Source of the DNA: an uncultured Nitrososphaerales archaeon | GTDB lineage: Archaea; Thermoproteota; Nitrososphaeria; Nitrososphaerales; Nitrososphaeraceae | Reading direction: 5' to 3' | NCBI GenBank assembly: GCA_963709405.1 | Contig: CAVPXM010000053.1 | Coordinates: 96,001-160,000, forward strand | Length of the DNA stretch: 64,000 nt | Shown: positions 43,372 to 55,040 of the stretch, one piece after another | Layout: the number at the start of each line of letters is the position of its first letter | Position numbering within the stretch: position 1 is the stretch's first letter | Program-made: the position numbers and the translations under genes | Notes under the pieces: model-generated | What the model was told of the DNA's origin: nothing | Database searches by the model: none | What the model saw: only the letters and a program-made list of their open reading frames with translations

Positions 43372-43853
43372 ATGGCTGAAAAGAAATCTGTGAATGCACT
43401 AGTTAGTGGCGGAGAGGCAAGCGCTGGACCACCACTTGGTCCGGCGTTAGGCCCAATTGGAGTGAATGTATTACAAGTTGTAAACGCGATTAATGAGAAG
43501 ACCAAGGATTTTCCTGGCATGAAAGTCCCTGTGAAGGTAGAAGTTGATTCAGACACCAAACAATTTACTGTTGAAGTAGGAGTTCCACCTACAGCGAGCT
43601 TTAATACTAAAAGAGGCAGGAATAACTAAAGGTTCTGGTACTACAGGGTACAGCCAGTGCAGGAAAGATCACAATGAATAGCATAGTCAAAATTGCGAAG
43701 ATGAAGATCGATAATTCCTATGCCAGCAGCATCAAAAGTGCCGCGAAAGAAGTCATAGGCTCATGTCTAAGTATCGGAATCTTAATCGATGACAAGACGC
43801 CAAAGGAAACCTACATCGAAATTAAAAACGGTATGTATAAAGAACTCCTTTAA
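43372..43853 (+). CDS. rpl11: 50S ribosomal protein L11 (two apparent +1 insertions near 43596 and 43647)
   Basis: [13 protein letters not shown]; the continuation [14 protein letters not shown] and [22 protein letters not shown] lies in shifted frames, ending TAA at 43853. Confidence 0.92.
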
Positions 43854-44036
43854 GTGGTCGGATACTTCGCTATATTGGTAATGATTCAAAACTCTCGCTG
43901 GTCGTAATCATTAATTATGTTCTGATCATTTGGAATATTTTAAGATTCTAGATCCCGTTTTTGGCAATCAATATAGTAAATTTAAAATATCCCGAAGCAT
44001 GCCATCTATTCTATTAATTTTAGGTGAATATGTGAA

Positions 44037-45683
44037 ATGTCAAATCAGAATGTGTCTGGTGGAGTACCAGTATTAATACTCAAAGAGGGTTCAACTCAAA
44101 CCAAGGGTAAAGACGCACAGAAAAATAACATAACAGCCGCCAAACTGATCGCTGAAGTAGTACGATCTAGTTTGGGTCCAAGAGGAATGGACAAGATGTT
44201 GGTAGATTCTTTAGGAGACGTAACTGTTACAAATGACGGTGCGACCATCCTGAAAGAAATCGATGTTCAACATCCGGCGGCGAAGATGATGGTCGAAGTC
44301 GCCAAATCTGTAGACAATGAGGTAGGGGATGGTACGACTTCTGCAGTAGTTCTAGCCGGGGCGCTTTTAGAGAAAGCAGAACAATTAATCGCAAAGGATG
44401 TACACCCAACAATCATTGTAGATGGTTATAGAAAAAGCGCAGCCAAGGTTATTGAAATTCTTAATAATATGGCGCAGAAAGTCAGCAATAATGACAAGGA
44501 ACAACTAACGAAAATTGCTAGAACATCTATGCAAACAAAACTGGTATCGAAGGATTCTGAAGTGCTTTCAGAATTAGTTGTTAATGCGATCCTACAAGTT
44601 TCTGAAGAGTCTGACTCAGGTTTTAAAGTCGATATTGACGATATCAAAGTAGAAAAGAAGGCTGGTGGATCCCTTCGAGATACAAAGATGATCAAGGGCA
44701 TTGTCCTTGACAAAGAAGTAGTTCACGGAGGAATGCCAAAAAGGATAGAAAAGGCAAAAATTGCATTAATCAATTCTGCTCTAGAAATTGAGAAGACTGA
44801 ATTTGATGCCAAGATTAACATCAGTTCGCCAAATCAAATGAATATGTTTTTGGAAGAAGAGAACAAGATGCTAAAGACTATGGTAGATAAAATCATCAAT
44901 GCTGGAGCCAATGTGGTCGTTTGTCAGAAAGGCATAGATGATATCGCTCAACATTATCTTGCAAAGGCAAACATATTGACTGTGCGCAGAGTGAAGGAAA
45001 GCGATATGACCAAACTATCAAGAGCAACAGGGGCTCAAATAATCACTAATCTTGATGATCTTGCGGCCAAAGATCTAGGGCTTGCCGATCTTGCAGAAGA
45101 GCGCAAGGTTGAAACTGACAAGTGGGTCTTCATAGAAGGCGCCAAACATCCAAAAGCTGTGACAATATTAATCAGAGGCGGGTCACAAAGAGTAGTCGAT
45201 GAAGCAGATCGATCGATTCACGACGCATTGATGGTTACAAAAGATGTAATCGAAAAACCACTAGTACTTGCTGGGGGTGGGGCTCCAGAAGCATACGCTG
45301 CATCAAAAATACGTGATTGGGTAAGTACCCTTTCTGGCAGGGAACAATTAGCAGCCGAGAAATATGCTGAGGCACTGGAAGTTATTCCACTCACTTTAGC
45401 TCAAAATGCAGGTATGGATCCTATAGATGCGATGACAGATTTGCGTGCAAAGCAAAGTAAGGGATCTAAATGGACTGGAATCGATGTGAGAACCGCAAAG
45501 ATTGCCGACATATCAAAGCTTGAGGTTTTAGAGCCACTTAGCGTCAAAGAACAGATAATCAAATCTGCTACTGAGGCTGCCTGTATGCTTTTAAGAATAG
45601 ACGACGTTATAGCATCGAGCAAATCTGCAGGCGGCCCTCCAGGTGGGGGTGGGATGCCTCCGGGTGGAATGGGCGAATATTGA
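44037..45683 (+). CDS. ths: Thermosome (group II chaperonin) subunit
   Basis: [22 protein letters not shown] and GGM tail; GGTGA SD at about 44023. Confidence 0.97.
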   Translation: MSNQNVSGGVPVLILKEGSTQTKGKDAQKNNITAAKLIAEVVRSSLGPRGMDKMLVDSLGDVTVTNDGATILKEIDVQHPAAKMMVEVAKSVDNEVGDGTTSAVVLAGALLEKAEQLIAKDVHPTIIVDGYRKSAAKVIEILNNMAQKVSNNDKEQLTKIARTSMQTKLVSKDSEVLSELVVNAILQVSEESDSGFKVDIDDIKVEKKAGGSLRDTKMIKGIVLDKEVVHGGMPKRIEKAKIALINSALEIEKTEFDAKINISSPNQMNMFLEEENKMLKTMVDKIINAGANVVVCQKGIDDIAQHYLAKANILTVRRVKESDMTKLSRATGAQIITNLDDLAAKDLGLADLAEERKVETDKWVFIEGAKHPKAVTILIRGGSQRVVDEADRSIHDALMVTKDVIEKPLVLAGGGAPEAYAASKIRDWVSTLSGREQLAAEKYAEALEVIPLTLAQNAGMDPIDAMTDLRAKQSKGSKWTGIDVRTAKIADISKLEVLEPLSVKEQIIKSATEAACMLLRIDDVIASSKSAGGPPGGGGMPPGGMGEY

Positions 45684-45761
45684 AATTAACCTTTCTTGCA
45701 CAAACAACGAAAGCGACTATCTTTCTTTCCTGTTATCTCAACTTAATTGTTCTTAACTAGT

Positions 45762-46806
45762 TGTTGTACTTCCTAACATAGGTGACAATTTAGCTTACAG
45801 ACATGGGTTACACTTCTGCTGTCAGGAAGTGAATCCATATAGAAATCAGAACAAGGTTTAATCTAATACATGAGAAAGAATGGACTGGCGATACAGTATC
45901 TAATATTTGTAAAAGATACGGTACATCCAGAAAGACTTACTACAAGTGGAATAACAGATACAAACAGAAAGGGATAGAAGGACTTCTAGATAACTCTAAA
46001 AGACCTCATAATACTCCATGTAGAAAGGTAACATCAGAAATAGAAGAGACAATACTTGATCTACGACTAACCAAAAGGTTTGGATGTAGCAGGATCAAGT
46101 TTAGATTAAGAAAGGTTGTTGGAATCTCGTTAAGCACCAGAACTATCTACAAGATACTAAAGCGACATGGTCTTAACGTCCTCAAATGTCAAGCTAAAAT
46201 AAGAAGATACAAACGGTTCGCAATGAGGCATCCAAATGAGATGGTACAGATGGATATCCTTGGCCCTTTCTATCTGAGTAATTCTAGTCAAAGGAATTAT
46301 TACATCATCAGCTGTCTGGATGATTGTTCAAGAAAAGTAGCAAGCAGATGGTCTAAAAGAAAGAGGTCAGTAGATGTTCTCAATGTACTAGAGGACTGGA
46401 TAATCATTAATGGCAAGCCTGAAAAGGTAATGCATGACAATGGAAAGCAGTTTACATCCAAAATGTTCAGACATTTCCTCGTACACAATCAGATAAAGGA
46501 TAAGCAAATACCAAATTCATTCTTACCCACAGCTACAAGGGAAAATAGAAGCATATAACAAGATAGTGAAAAATGAGTTTCTAGCAATAGAAGAAGATAT
46601 ACCAAACATAGATGATGGTAAGCTAAGATATGACATGTTTATAAAAGCGTACAATGAAACGAGAGAACATGGAGGAATAAATGGTCTTACTCCATCAGAG
46701 ATGTTTCTACAAAGATTAATTACATCCACCATAAGTATAAGATCTAAGCAGCAAAGTGTAACCCATGTAGGTACTTAAAATGTAACCTATCTGTGCAAGT
46801 ACAACA
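45762..46806 (+). mobile_element. IS481-family insertion sequence (about 1045 bp)
   Basis: Ends TGTTGTACTT...AAGTACAACA with about 60-bp imperfect TIRs that contain repeated AT(A/G)GGT(G/T)ACA. Flanks ACTAGT/ATTAGT form a 6-bp TSD with one mismatch. Confidence 0.92.
45829..46778 (+). pseudogene. IS481 DDE transposase, frameshifted
   Basis: HTH (ICKRYGTSRKTYYKW), VQMDILGP, LDDCSR, HDNGKQF, then QGKIEA..KNEF..YNETREHGG after a shift near 46520; another shift lies near 45839. Confidence 0.88.
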
Positions 46807-46992
46807 ATTAGTAAACAAATTTCTGCCAAGCAATTACAAGTGCGCCATTCATCTTATTATCGGATGGCACGCCAAAAACAACCAATGCATTTTTTGGGCA
46901 GTTATTTCATTTGTACAAAGGAATTAAGATGTATAATTTACATTCTTCAAAAGAGTTTAATACTTCCAAGATAATGTAAATGGTATCTCATA

Positions 46993-47265
46993 ATGCCAAC
47001 TGCATATGTCTTGATTAATTGCGACCTTGGATCTGAAGAAGAAATACTTAAGGAGTTAAAAAAGCTGCCTGAAATTATTGAGGTAAGTGGGGTATATGGA
47101 GTGTATGATATAATTTTAAAAATTAGATCTGATACAATGGATAAATTAAGGGAAACAATTACATGGCATGTTAGAAGGATTGATAAAGTAAGATCGACTC
47201 TAACAATGATAGTAATAGAAGGCCAGGGAGATAAAGGGCAAAAACAAATGCATGACGTATCTTAA
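46993..47265 (+). CDS. Lrp/AsnC ligand-binding (RAM) domain protein
   Basis: AYVLINC..GVYGVYDIILKI..VRRIDKVRSTLTMIV. Confidence 0.92.
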   Translation: MPTAYVLINCDLGSEEEILKELKKLPEIIEVSGVYGVYDIILKIRSDTMDKLRETITWHVRRIDKVRSTLTMIVIEGQGDKGQKQMHDVS

Positions 47266-47764
47266 ACTTTACCGCATCGTTCTGATAATTGGACAGACAG
47301 TTCATCTGTGATTTCGTCAGTTATTTAACTGCCGTCGCTTTGTTTCGGATCAACGACCACACGGAAGAAATTCTAAAAAGTCAAGCTGAATAGCGAGGCG
47401 GCTTCAGCAATATTCATGTTACAAACTCCTCCGAATATGTATGATAGAGATTTTGACAGGCACTCATAATAGTCGTGAACAATTCTTTGACCTGATTCAT
47501 ACTACTTGTCACATGTGATCAGGATGTGAGTTATTTAGCTTTGGGAAATAATTACGCGGCGCCTAATCGAATGGTTAGAATCCAATCTCGTTTGATATTG
47601 TTGTGGGGTGTTTCCCAGTGAATCAATAACGCTAGGAATCAATTGCATCAAGCTGTTTACGTTTTTAAAGACAGTTACAAGGCAGGACTAGTCTATCATT
47701 GAAAATGACCAGTCTGGGTAGTATTTGGGACCCGAATAGATGAGATAGCATAATGATCAATAGC

Positions 47765-48175
47765 TCAAACCTTTATATCGACTAAACGGAATCCCAAAAG
47801 CATCGCAATCCCTATGGTCGCAAAACCAGCTATTAGTAGACCCCCTTGATTTTTTGGATTGATAGAATTCCCAGCTTTATACAGCAGGAATGCGCCCGCC
47901 ATTCCAATAAATAAGATCATTGTTGTCACAATTGTTTCTCCTATTGTCTGAATTGATCTTGAAGGAATGATAAATGTCCTTGTACTCCTGGCTGTGCCTT
48001 CAATTATTGAGTTAAATAGTCCAGAACCTAATGCGAAAAAGAGAACAAGATAAACAATAGTAACTATCAGGAGGATCTTTTGAATACTAAGTATCATTTT
48101 TATCCTAACCTGGATATGCGGTGTATAAATATCTTTGCCGATTGGATGCTGTTCACCTATTGAATCTTTCGCCAT
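47765..48175 (-). CDS. Membrane protein, possibly OST3/OST6 TM-domain-like
   Basis: Three TMs with GSGLFNSI..FIIPSRSIQTIGETIV. Confidence 0.65.
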   Translation of the reverse strand: MAKDSIGEQHPIGKDIYTPHIQVRIKMILSIQKILLIVTIVYLVLFFALGSGLFNSIIEGTARSTRTFIIPSRSIQTIGETIVTTMILFIGMAGAFLLYKAGNSINPKNQGGLLIAGFATIGIAMLLGFRLVDIKV

Positions 48176-49070
48176 CTATCACTCTTCTATCTAATAATTG
48201 GAACAGCATATTGCTGTCACTGATAAATTTTAGATCCAATGTTGCTTGCTTAGAGATGTACTAATGCAAGTCAAGACTAGCTTCTAATCATAGTAACGTT
48301 TAGTATTCTAGAGAAGGGATCTAACTCTTTACGATCTATAAATGAGTATATTATAAAGTCATTGCTTGGTTGAATACAATAGGTATATTTCCAAAAGTAT
48401 AGAAACTTGAAAATTAGACCTTGATATAAGGATAGATTCAATCTCAGATTAATTGGTAGTGCCTAACTAGTTTCAACATTCTTGGTGTCTATGGTGCGAT
48501 GAGTTATAATAAGAGTATCAATCGATGTTTATGCAAACTTACAGTACATATTGATTACTGATAACAGTCGATCAGTTTCTAATTTAGTACATATTTATAA
48601 TACAGACATAATCAAATTTTACACCTGCACAGCCTGAACTGGTGAGAGTAAGGATCGAATGTTACGATTTATCATTATATCCTCCCTACTACTACGCTTA
48701 GAATGATGGACGATCATGAAAAATGATGGATCATTATCGAGTATATCATAGACAGTTAGAACGTGCATGTCATCTATAAAGATAGGAATCAAATATGATA
48801 TGTACAAAAATTCTTGTATATAATGACAGCCAGGATATCTAGTGATGACTCCTTGACAAGGGTAAGTATTAATTCTTGAATAAACTAGTAATACGTGAAA
48901 AGTGATGTAAGAAATGATCAGACAAATTATTTCCAGATTATTTTTAGTTCCTAAGCTTATCAATTAGCTTTTAAATTTTTACAATGCAGCAAGTTATAAT
49001 TATATGATTAGTAATATGTCCAATTCATTTATACAGAAACTCTTTTGTAGAGCAGGCTACAATATCTTAA

Positions 49071-49718
49071 TTGGTGTCGTATCCAAAGGACGTATTTTCT
49101 AGGATGTTTGCTGGAACGCATGATAATAAGGGCACCCAGCATTTACTCTATCCTAAAGATGAAGAAGAAACGAAGGTGGATATCGAAGAAGTTGACGAGG
49201 CATTACGAACTAATATTTTTAACGTGATGTTGGGAAGGAGATCCCAAAGAAAATTTGATGAAACCAGACTAGTCGAAGATTCAAAAGTCGAGATGATTTT
49301 CGCAGCTGCTGATACTGCTCCTACGGCGGGAGGATTCCAAGGATTTGAAGTCTTTAATGTAAAGAAACCGGACGTCAAAGTCAAGCTTGTTGATGCTGCC
49401 AATAAGCAGCCTTATGTCAATGCTCCAGTTGTTCTTGTATTTTGCATGAACCCAGACAGAGTAAAGATGAACTTTCCCCCCGATATTCTTAAAAAATTTT
49501 CATTACAAGACGCTACGTTAGCTGCAGCATATGCACAGCTGGCAGCACATGCACTTGGTTTAAGCTCCATCTGGATAGGTTTGATTGATGAAACTAAAGT
49601 TATGACAGCTCTTGGGACCAAATATACACCTTCATCGATCCTGTGTCTAGGATATCCTCAGAAGATTTTACAACCTAAACCCAAAAGAAGTCTCATTGGC
49701 CTAATTCATGAGATTTGA
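49071..49718 (+). CDS. Nitroreductase family protein
   Basis: RRSQRKF, APTAGGFQ, QDATLAA and LGLSSIWIG. Confidence 0.92.
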   Translation: MVSYPKDVFSRMFAGTHDNKGTQHLLYPKDEEETKVDIEEVDEALRTNIFNVMLGRRSQRKFDETRLVEDSKVEMIFAAADTAPTAGGFQGFEVFNVKKPDVKVKLVDAANKQPYVNAPVVLVFCMNPDRVKMNFPPDILKKFSLQDATLAAAYAQLAAHALGLSSIWIGLIDETKVMTALGTKYTPSSILCLGYPQKILQPKPKRSLIGLIHEI

Positions 49719-50606
49719 TCTCTAATATTATAACACCAATGATTCTTTGCTAGTGAAGAACCTAACGATAGCTTGCTACTCGTGTGTCTAATCTGTTAGC
49801 TTGCAGTATGGAGCGATAATCGATTGGAAGTAGTTTTCCATAAGTAAAACTATTGCGAGACAATTGGCGAAATAATTTAGAACCGTGTTCAAATCATTAT
49901 AATTAGTTAAAATCCTGATAGGCTAATAGTTTCTTTTGGATAACACAATTTCAGGAGCTTAATCATAGGCATTTAGTTTATTAAATCGGATCTTAATCCT
50001 TCGTGTTTTGTGGATATTTTATCCAAATTTTGAAGCAGTTAATATTTTGAGACAGACTGGTCGTGCTGTAAGCAATTCGCGAAGTTTCACTAATCTAAGG
50101 TAATCATACCATAGGATTAGATTTCAAATAAAAGTTCCTTCTTTATAGGTCATCAGAAGGCGGTAAGAGTCGGTTGATCTTTCACTTTGATTAAGTACCC
50201 ATTACAGGACCGTTCAACAGTTTTTTTCCATTTTCATGAAATGTGCCTGCGGATAAACAATTCTTGTGAAGTCTTGTTCCCCTAGCAAGATTCTTTTTTT
50301 GGGTACACCATCGTCTGACGATGTTCACAAAGGTTCTTCAGGTATTGTTAGTCCTATCATCCATCCATTTATAATGGTAGGCTACTTTTTTGATTAGTTA
50401 CATCTTGCCGCTTGTCTCTCTACGTATATTGGACAAAATCAAGCATGGAATACCGCTGTGAATGTATGACCATTCATTCTTTCTCGGTCCTTAGTGTGGA
50501 TTGATCATGCTCAGGTTGTCTCGTATTCGTAGGCTTATCATCATGTAAGTAGAATTCAATAATACGTGTAAGGATATATATACAAAATCTGCTACAAGGT
50601 AGTAAT

Positions 50607-50813
50607 ATGTTAAGCAACAACAATGATTTTTGTGAAGTCAATGGTTGTAGCTCCCTAGCAGAAGGGTTCAAAATCTCGGTGAGGGGATTAAATGGAGGAT
50701 TTCATGATATGAAGCTTTGCATTGAGCACAAGCAGTTATTTATTGATGAACTAGTTAAATGGATAATGACTGAAGGTGCCAACATGTACAAAAGCAAAGT
50801 AGTTATGGAATAA
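50607..50813 (+). CDS. Small putative zinc-binding protein
   Basis: CEVNGC...LCIEH pattern. Confidence 0.55.
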   Translation: MLSNNNDFCEVNGCSSLAEGFKISVRGLNGGFHDMKLCIEHKQLFIDELVKWIMTEGANMYKSKVVME

Positions 50814-51626
50814 GCATAGCAGTATGTATCCGAGACATGGGTTCAAAAATGGGTTCAAGAATCGCACTTACAAGAAAACTCAAAGCAGAACGAGATTTTT
50901 CACACGACTAATTGCTGTTTCTAATTTTATTAGATATTGAGATAAAATAGTCTTAGCTCCATTTTACTAACTCATGCTCCTCTATCAATTGTATTGTGAT
51001 GCGGGTTTCATTTCATGTAATTCGATTAATAGAAAAACGAATCAATTGATTTAAATCCGTTCCATGAGTTTGGGATCAGCTCATAAACGTACCCCCAGTC
51101 TCGTAGGATGAGCTTGATTCGTGAGCATTAATTGGTTTGGCGCTCACATGTTTCTTTCCAAAGAGTAAATTAACTTAAGATAGATCGATTATCGATCTGC
51201 TAATTTCGTAGTATTAGATTTTTCAGTAGACAAACAGCTTGCTAACCTCGATCTTCGTAAATAGCAGGATGACTGTCTTAATCCATCATCTCTTAAGAAA
51301 ATACACATACTGCAAGTTCATTTGCCTACAGTCTCTGTTTCAAGAACCATTAAATCCCTGAATAGGACTGTTGCAATAACTGTTAATTATAGGATTAATC
51401 TATTACAATTGTTCCATTTCTGTTCTTCTAAATATAAGAAAGAGGATTTGGAGTGTTGCTCTTTGCTCTTTTTTGACTTTCGACTTGGATTAGCTCGATT
51501 TTACGCAAAATCTTTTTTTTATATGTCAATATCGCAAATATATGTAATATCTCATCAATAGGTTTATTTTTTGTTTATCATCTGAGTAATGATTTAAATC
51601 ACCCAGTGACTATTAAATTTCAGATA

Positions 51627-51755
51627 ATGGGTAAAGAGGCAGAAAGAGATGAAATTAAAGACGAAACCCACACATTAGAAGACGAAGAACAAGAAGAACA
51701 AGATGAATTAGATGATGACGACGAGGAAGAATCTAGCGGTCGAGGTGAGGAATAA
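51627..51755 (+). CDS. Highly acidic microprotein (42 aa)
   Basis: MGKEAERDEIKDETHTLEDEEQEEQDELDDDDEEESSGRGEE*; TTTAAAT lies about 30 bp upstream. Confidence 0.6.
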   Translation: MGKEAERDEIKDETHTLEDEEQEEQDELDDDDEEESSGRGEE

Positions 51756-52122
51756 CTGGCTAGCTTATTTCAAAATTATTGGCTGTGAATTATTAATGGA
51801 GTTAGATAGAACCTTGCTTTTGCTAATATATCGCGAGCTACTACATTAGTTGGTAACTAGCAGCAAGCGAAGTTGCTTAGGTTCGGTTAAATACGCTTTG
51901 GTATGAATGCGATAACAATTCGTGTGTTAGAAATCTTATGCGATTCTGTAATTAATCTACCTCATACAAATTAATATGTGTAGTTTTTGTCTCGGATAGA
52001 CATTGAATCTATCAGTTGATCATCGCTCAAACCCCTGTAGTAAAAATAAGTACTTTATATGATGTCATACCTAATCTGAAGTCCCGAACTGCTAACGAAC
52101 TCAGAAAGATGTCTCCAAATCA

Positions 52123-52416
52123 ATGAATTCGCTAAACCTTAATTTACCAGCTATGCAAGATAAATATTCTGGCTGCATAAAATTCCAATCTATGAGACCA
52201 GTGAGCCATGTAAGTAATGCATTTTTGATTGTCGGAGTGATTACACTGGTTTTAGGAACCATATTTCTGCTACAAAGTAATTCCATTGTTGGTCCATCCT
52301 CTTCATTTATGTATCGCAATCCAGAGTGGTCAGCAAATGGGTATGTTATAATCGGAGCAGGGGCCATCGTCACAGCAATTGGTCTGATCAAGAAGTACAT
52401 CAAGGTATACCGATAA
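52123..52416 (+). CDS. Small 2-TM membrane protein
   Basis: TM-LQSNSIVGPSSSFMYRNPEW-TM; the start is probably the later ATG. Confidence 0.65.
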   Translation: MNSLNLNLPAMQDKYSGCIKFQSMRPVSHVSNAFLIVGVITLVLGTIFLLQSNSIVGPSSSFMYRNPEWSANGYVIIGAGAIVTAIGLIKKYIKVYR

Positions 52417-52745
52417 ATGCAAAGTTACTAGAATTTCACTGATCAATCTAAAGAATACTATCCTCGCAATAGTGCTATTTTGAATTATTCTGCTATACAT
52501 AATGAGGGATAAATGTAACCTGATGGTAGTTAATTCTCTTATGTAATTTTGATAATTCGATAGGAAATCTTAATTGCTAGTTTATAACTTATAAAGACGG
52601 CATGATATGAGTTTTCGAACTGAGATTCTATTTCAATGATCCCTTATCAGTGTTTCACACAATGCCGTCCAGAAGACACACGAACATATCCGGACACAAA
52701 AATGAGGCATATCCCTTGATATATAGGAATCCCGATTTAGGAGCT

Positions 52746-52765
52746 TGTCAAATAATTATTTGACA
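52746..52765. promoter_or_regulatory. 20-bp perfect palindrome, candidate operator
   Basis: TGTCAAATAATTATTTGACA in an intergenic region. Confidence 0.45.
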
Positions 52766-52937
52766 GCCTCAAATCTATAGCAGGAGATCATAGAATGGGT
52801 AATAGTGTAGGTCCTTAATCGCCAATCCTAGAGGCTGTGAGAATAGAATAATAATGATGACATTACTAGCATTGATATCCTTGAAACTCAATTTGACGGT
52901 AAACTTAGGAAACGGCTACATCTATGGAACTGCTTAT

Positions 52938-53210
52938 ATGGGTTCAAAGTCGTTTAAGATAAACATTCAAGAATCATTAGAAAACAAGCTGATTCTTCCA
53001 AATGAATTACAAATAGAATCGAGACAGGGCTCTGTCTTATTTGAGACTGAAAAAAGAAAAGAAGTTACAGTGAAATGCGAGATCGTAGACGAACCTACTG
53101 ATATGATTTTACTGTACACCGACATACAGACACTAATGAACTTGACGAAAGATTTTCCTACTACCATGAATGTAAGCGGAGCTGAATTAACGGGAGACAT
53201 CAAAACCTAA
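52938..53210 (+). CDS. Hypothetical protein
   Basis: MGSKSFKINIQESLENK...; ATG 52938 is preferred over 52854. Confidence 0.6.
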   Translation: MGSKSFKINIQESLENKLILPNELQIESRQGSVLFETEKRKEVTVKCEIVDEPTDMILLYTDIQTLMNLTKDFPTTMNVSGAELTGDIKT

Positions 53211-53327
53211 GAGAATGAGCCGAACATCTTTCGGCTAGACCGGTCTATGATAATATCACGCTTTTCCTGTTCTCTTTCTGATCCTATTACAGCTAATCTG
53301 TTATATAATATACCTTACAAATAATTC

Positions 53328-53549
53328 CTAGTTCAGGTATAACGAAAAACTACATTGTTCACATAAGTAGCATAATCTGTCAAATTCAGAGGATAAAGTC
53401 ATTATGTCGTAACAACGCGGGCATTCAATTTCATGTTCTAATTCATCACTCTTGTCCACTTTTTTGTCAGTGTTACTACCGATATCGATATCAATGACCT
53501 CTTGCTGGTGCAATGTATCTGACTTAGCTTTTGATACTAGATGTATCAC
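53328..53549 (-). CDS. Small zinc-ribbon protein
   Basis: ECPRC..YLCEQC. Confidence 0.7.
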   Translation of the reverse strand: MIHLVSKAKSDTLHQQEVIDIDIGSNTDKKVDKSDELEHEIECPRCYDIMTLSSEFDRLCYLCEQCSFSLYLN

Positions 53550-53876
53550 TATACCATTTTTCTACGAGGTTGCTATTATAGGCTAGAACACTCCATATGG
53601 GGGGAGGGGTACCTAGGAATCTGGACTATCGAAGAGACAATGGCAGTAATGAAAGGCATAACGTAGGTGTCAGCTTATGGACGGGTATAATATGAACTAG
53701 GCTAGTCTATCCTCACTAGAGAATGTGTATCGATTTATTCCCAACGGAGTTGATCATGGGTTGGGTTGTTTAGGTAAGATCGAGTGTTACCTAGATCTGG
53801 TATGTCTACGATCTAATTCTCTTAATGAGCATTTGCCAACAAAGCCATTGACGTGAGGGGTACATATACTTAGGCC

Positions 53877-55040
53877 CTAGTATAACCAATTCTTTACTCT
53901 CGTCTCTTCAAATTCGAGTTTTTTTATATATGATTCCTCTGATGGTGATTGAAGTCTTGAATTCGGATCTTCATTGTACAAATCTACTTCAAGATATCCT
54001 GCCTTGTTATCACCTATCTCCATAAAGCAAAAGCCCTTTCCATCAAACTTAGCATTTGTTTTAGTATTTGTAATTTGATCAACGATTTCTTGAGACACCA
54101 CCATTGCCTCAGCTTCTGCAAATATGCCAGCTTTTGGAATAGTGACAATGCCTCCAAGGTTGATTTCTGTTACATCACCTACTGCAAAAACATTGTCATG
54201 ATTGGTCTTTAGAGTAAATTTATCAACCTTAACCCAATTCCGGCTTTCGGTAATTCCGGATTTACGAAGTACAGCTGGCATTTTATGTGGTGGAATTCCT
54301 ATTAGTATATCAAACCTTACTCTGTTCCCGTTTTCAAATTCTACCATATCTTTGCTCATAACTCTACTAATTTTGTGGAGTGGATGAATGTTGATATTAC
54401 GCTTATTGAGTAAGCTTATTACCTGTTGGCTAACCACGGGCCCCGCCACAGGTAATGCAAGAGCAGATGGGACGAAGAGATCTATTTCAATATGATCTCT
54501 TTTCCCATTCTTAACTACTAAATCATTAATAAGCATTGAAGCTTCATACGGTGCAGGAGGGCATTTGTAAGGGATATCTGCAATACAGATTGCTATTCTC
54601 CCTTTATTCAACGACAGAATTCTCTCTCGTAAATTTGCAACTTGTTCAGCATCATACAAATTAAACCCTCCATTTTGAATGAAGCCGTTGATTCTATCTG
54701 GGGCAAGTTCTGAGCCGAGAGATATTATCAGATAGTCATATTCAAATTTGTCCTTAGATTTAGTCATGACACTATTTTTAGTAAGTTCAATTTCTATGAT
54801 TTCATCGTTTATGAATTCAATTCCTTTATTTGCTAAGTTCATTAATGGAATACGTGAATCCTCTAATTTTCTAGTGCCGCGCAAAATCCATAAATTCACA
54901 AGACCCATCATAAAAAATTCGTTTTTATCAATAATTGTGATCCGATGAATATCCGACAAGTTTTTACGCAAGATATTGGCTGAGGTCAATCCCCCAAAAC
55001 CTGCCCCGAGAATCAATATGCGTTTTGCTTGTCTTATCAA
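53877..55040 (-). CDS. Sulfide:quinone oxidoreductase-like FAD-dependent oxidoreductase
   Basis: GAGFGG, YDYLIISLG, YKCPPAPYE, FAVGDV, PKAG and GFCFME. Confidence 0.85.
   Translation of the reverse strand: MIRQAKRILILGAGFGGLTSANILRKNLSDIHRITIIDKNEFFMMGLVNLWILRGTRKLEDSRIPLMNLANKGIEFINDEIIEIELTKNSVMTKSKDKFEYDYLIISLGSELAPDRINGFIQNGGFNLYDAEQVANLRERILSLNKGRIAICIADIPYKCPPAPYEASMLINDLVVKNGKRDHIEIDLFVPSALALPVAGPVVSQQVISLLNKRNINIHPLHKISRVMSKDMVEFENGNRVRFDILIGIPPHKMPAVLRKSGITESRNWVKVDKFTLKTNHDNVFAVGDVTEINLGGIVTIPKAGIFAEAEAMVVSQEIVDQITNTKTNAKFDGKGFCFMEIGDNKAGYLEVDLYNEDPNSRLQSPSEESYIKKLEFEETRVKNWLY

Noticed and set aside
43590-43650. Programmed frameshifting in rpl11
   Set aside because: Two separate +1 events without slippery sites, and similar indels in unrelated genes, point to sequence error.
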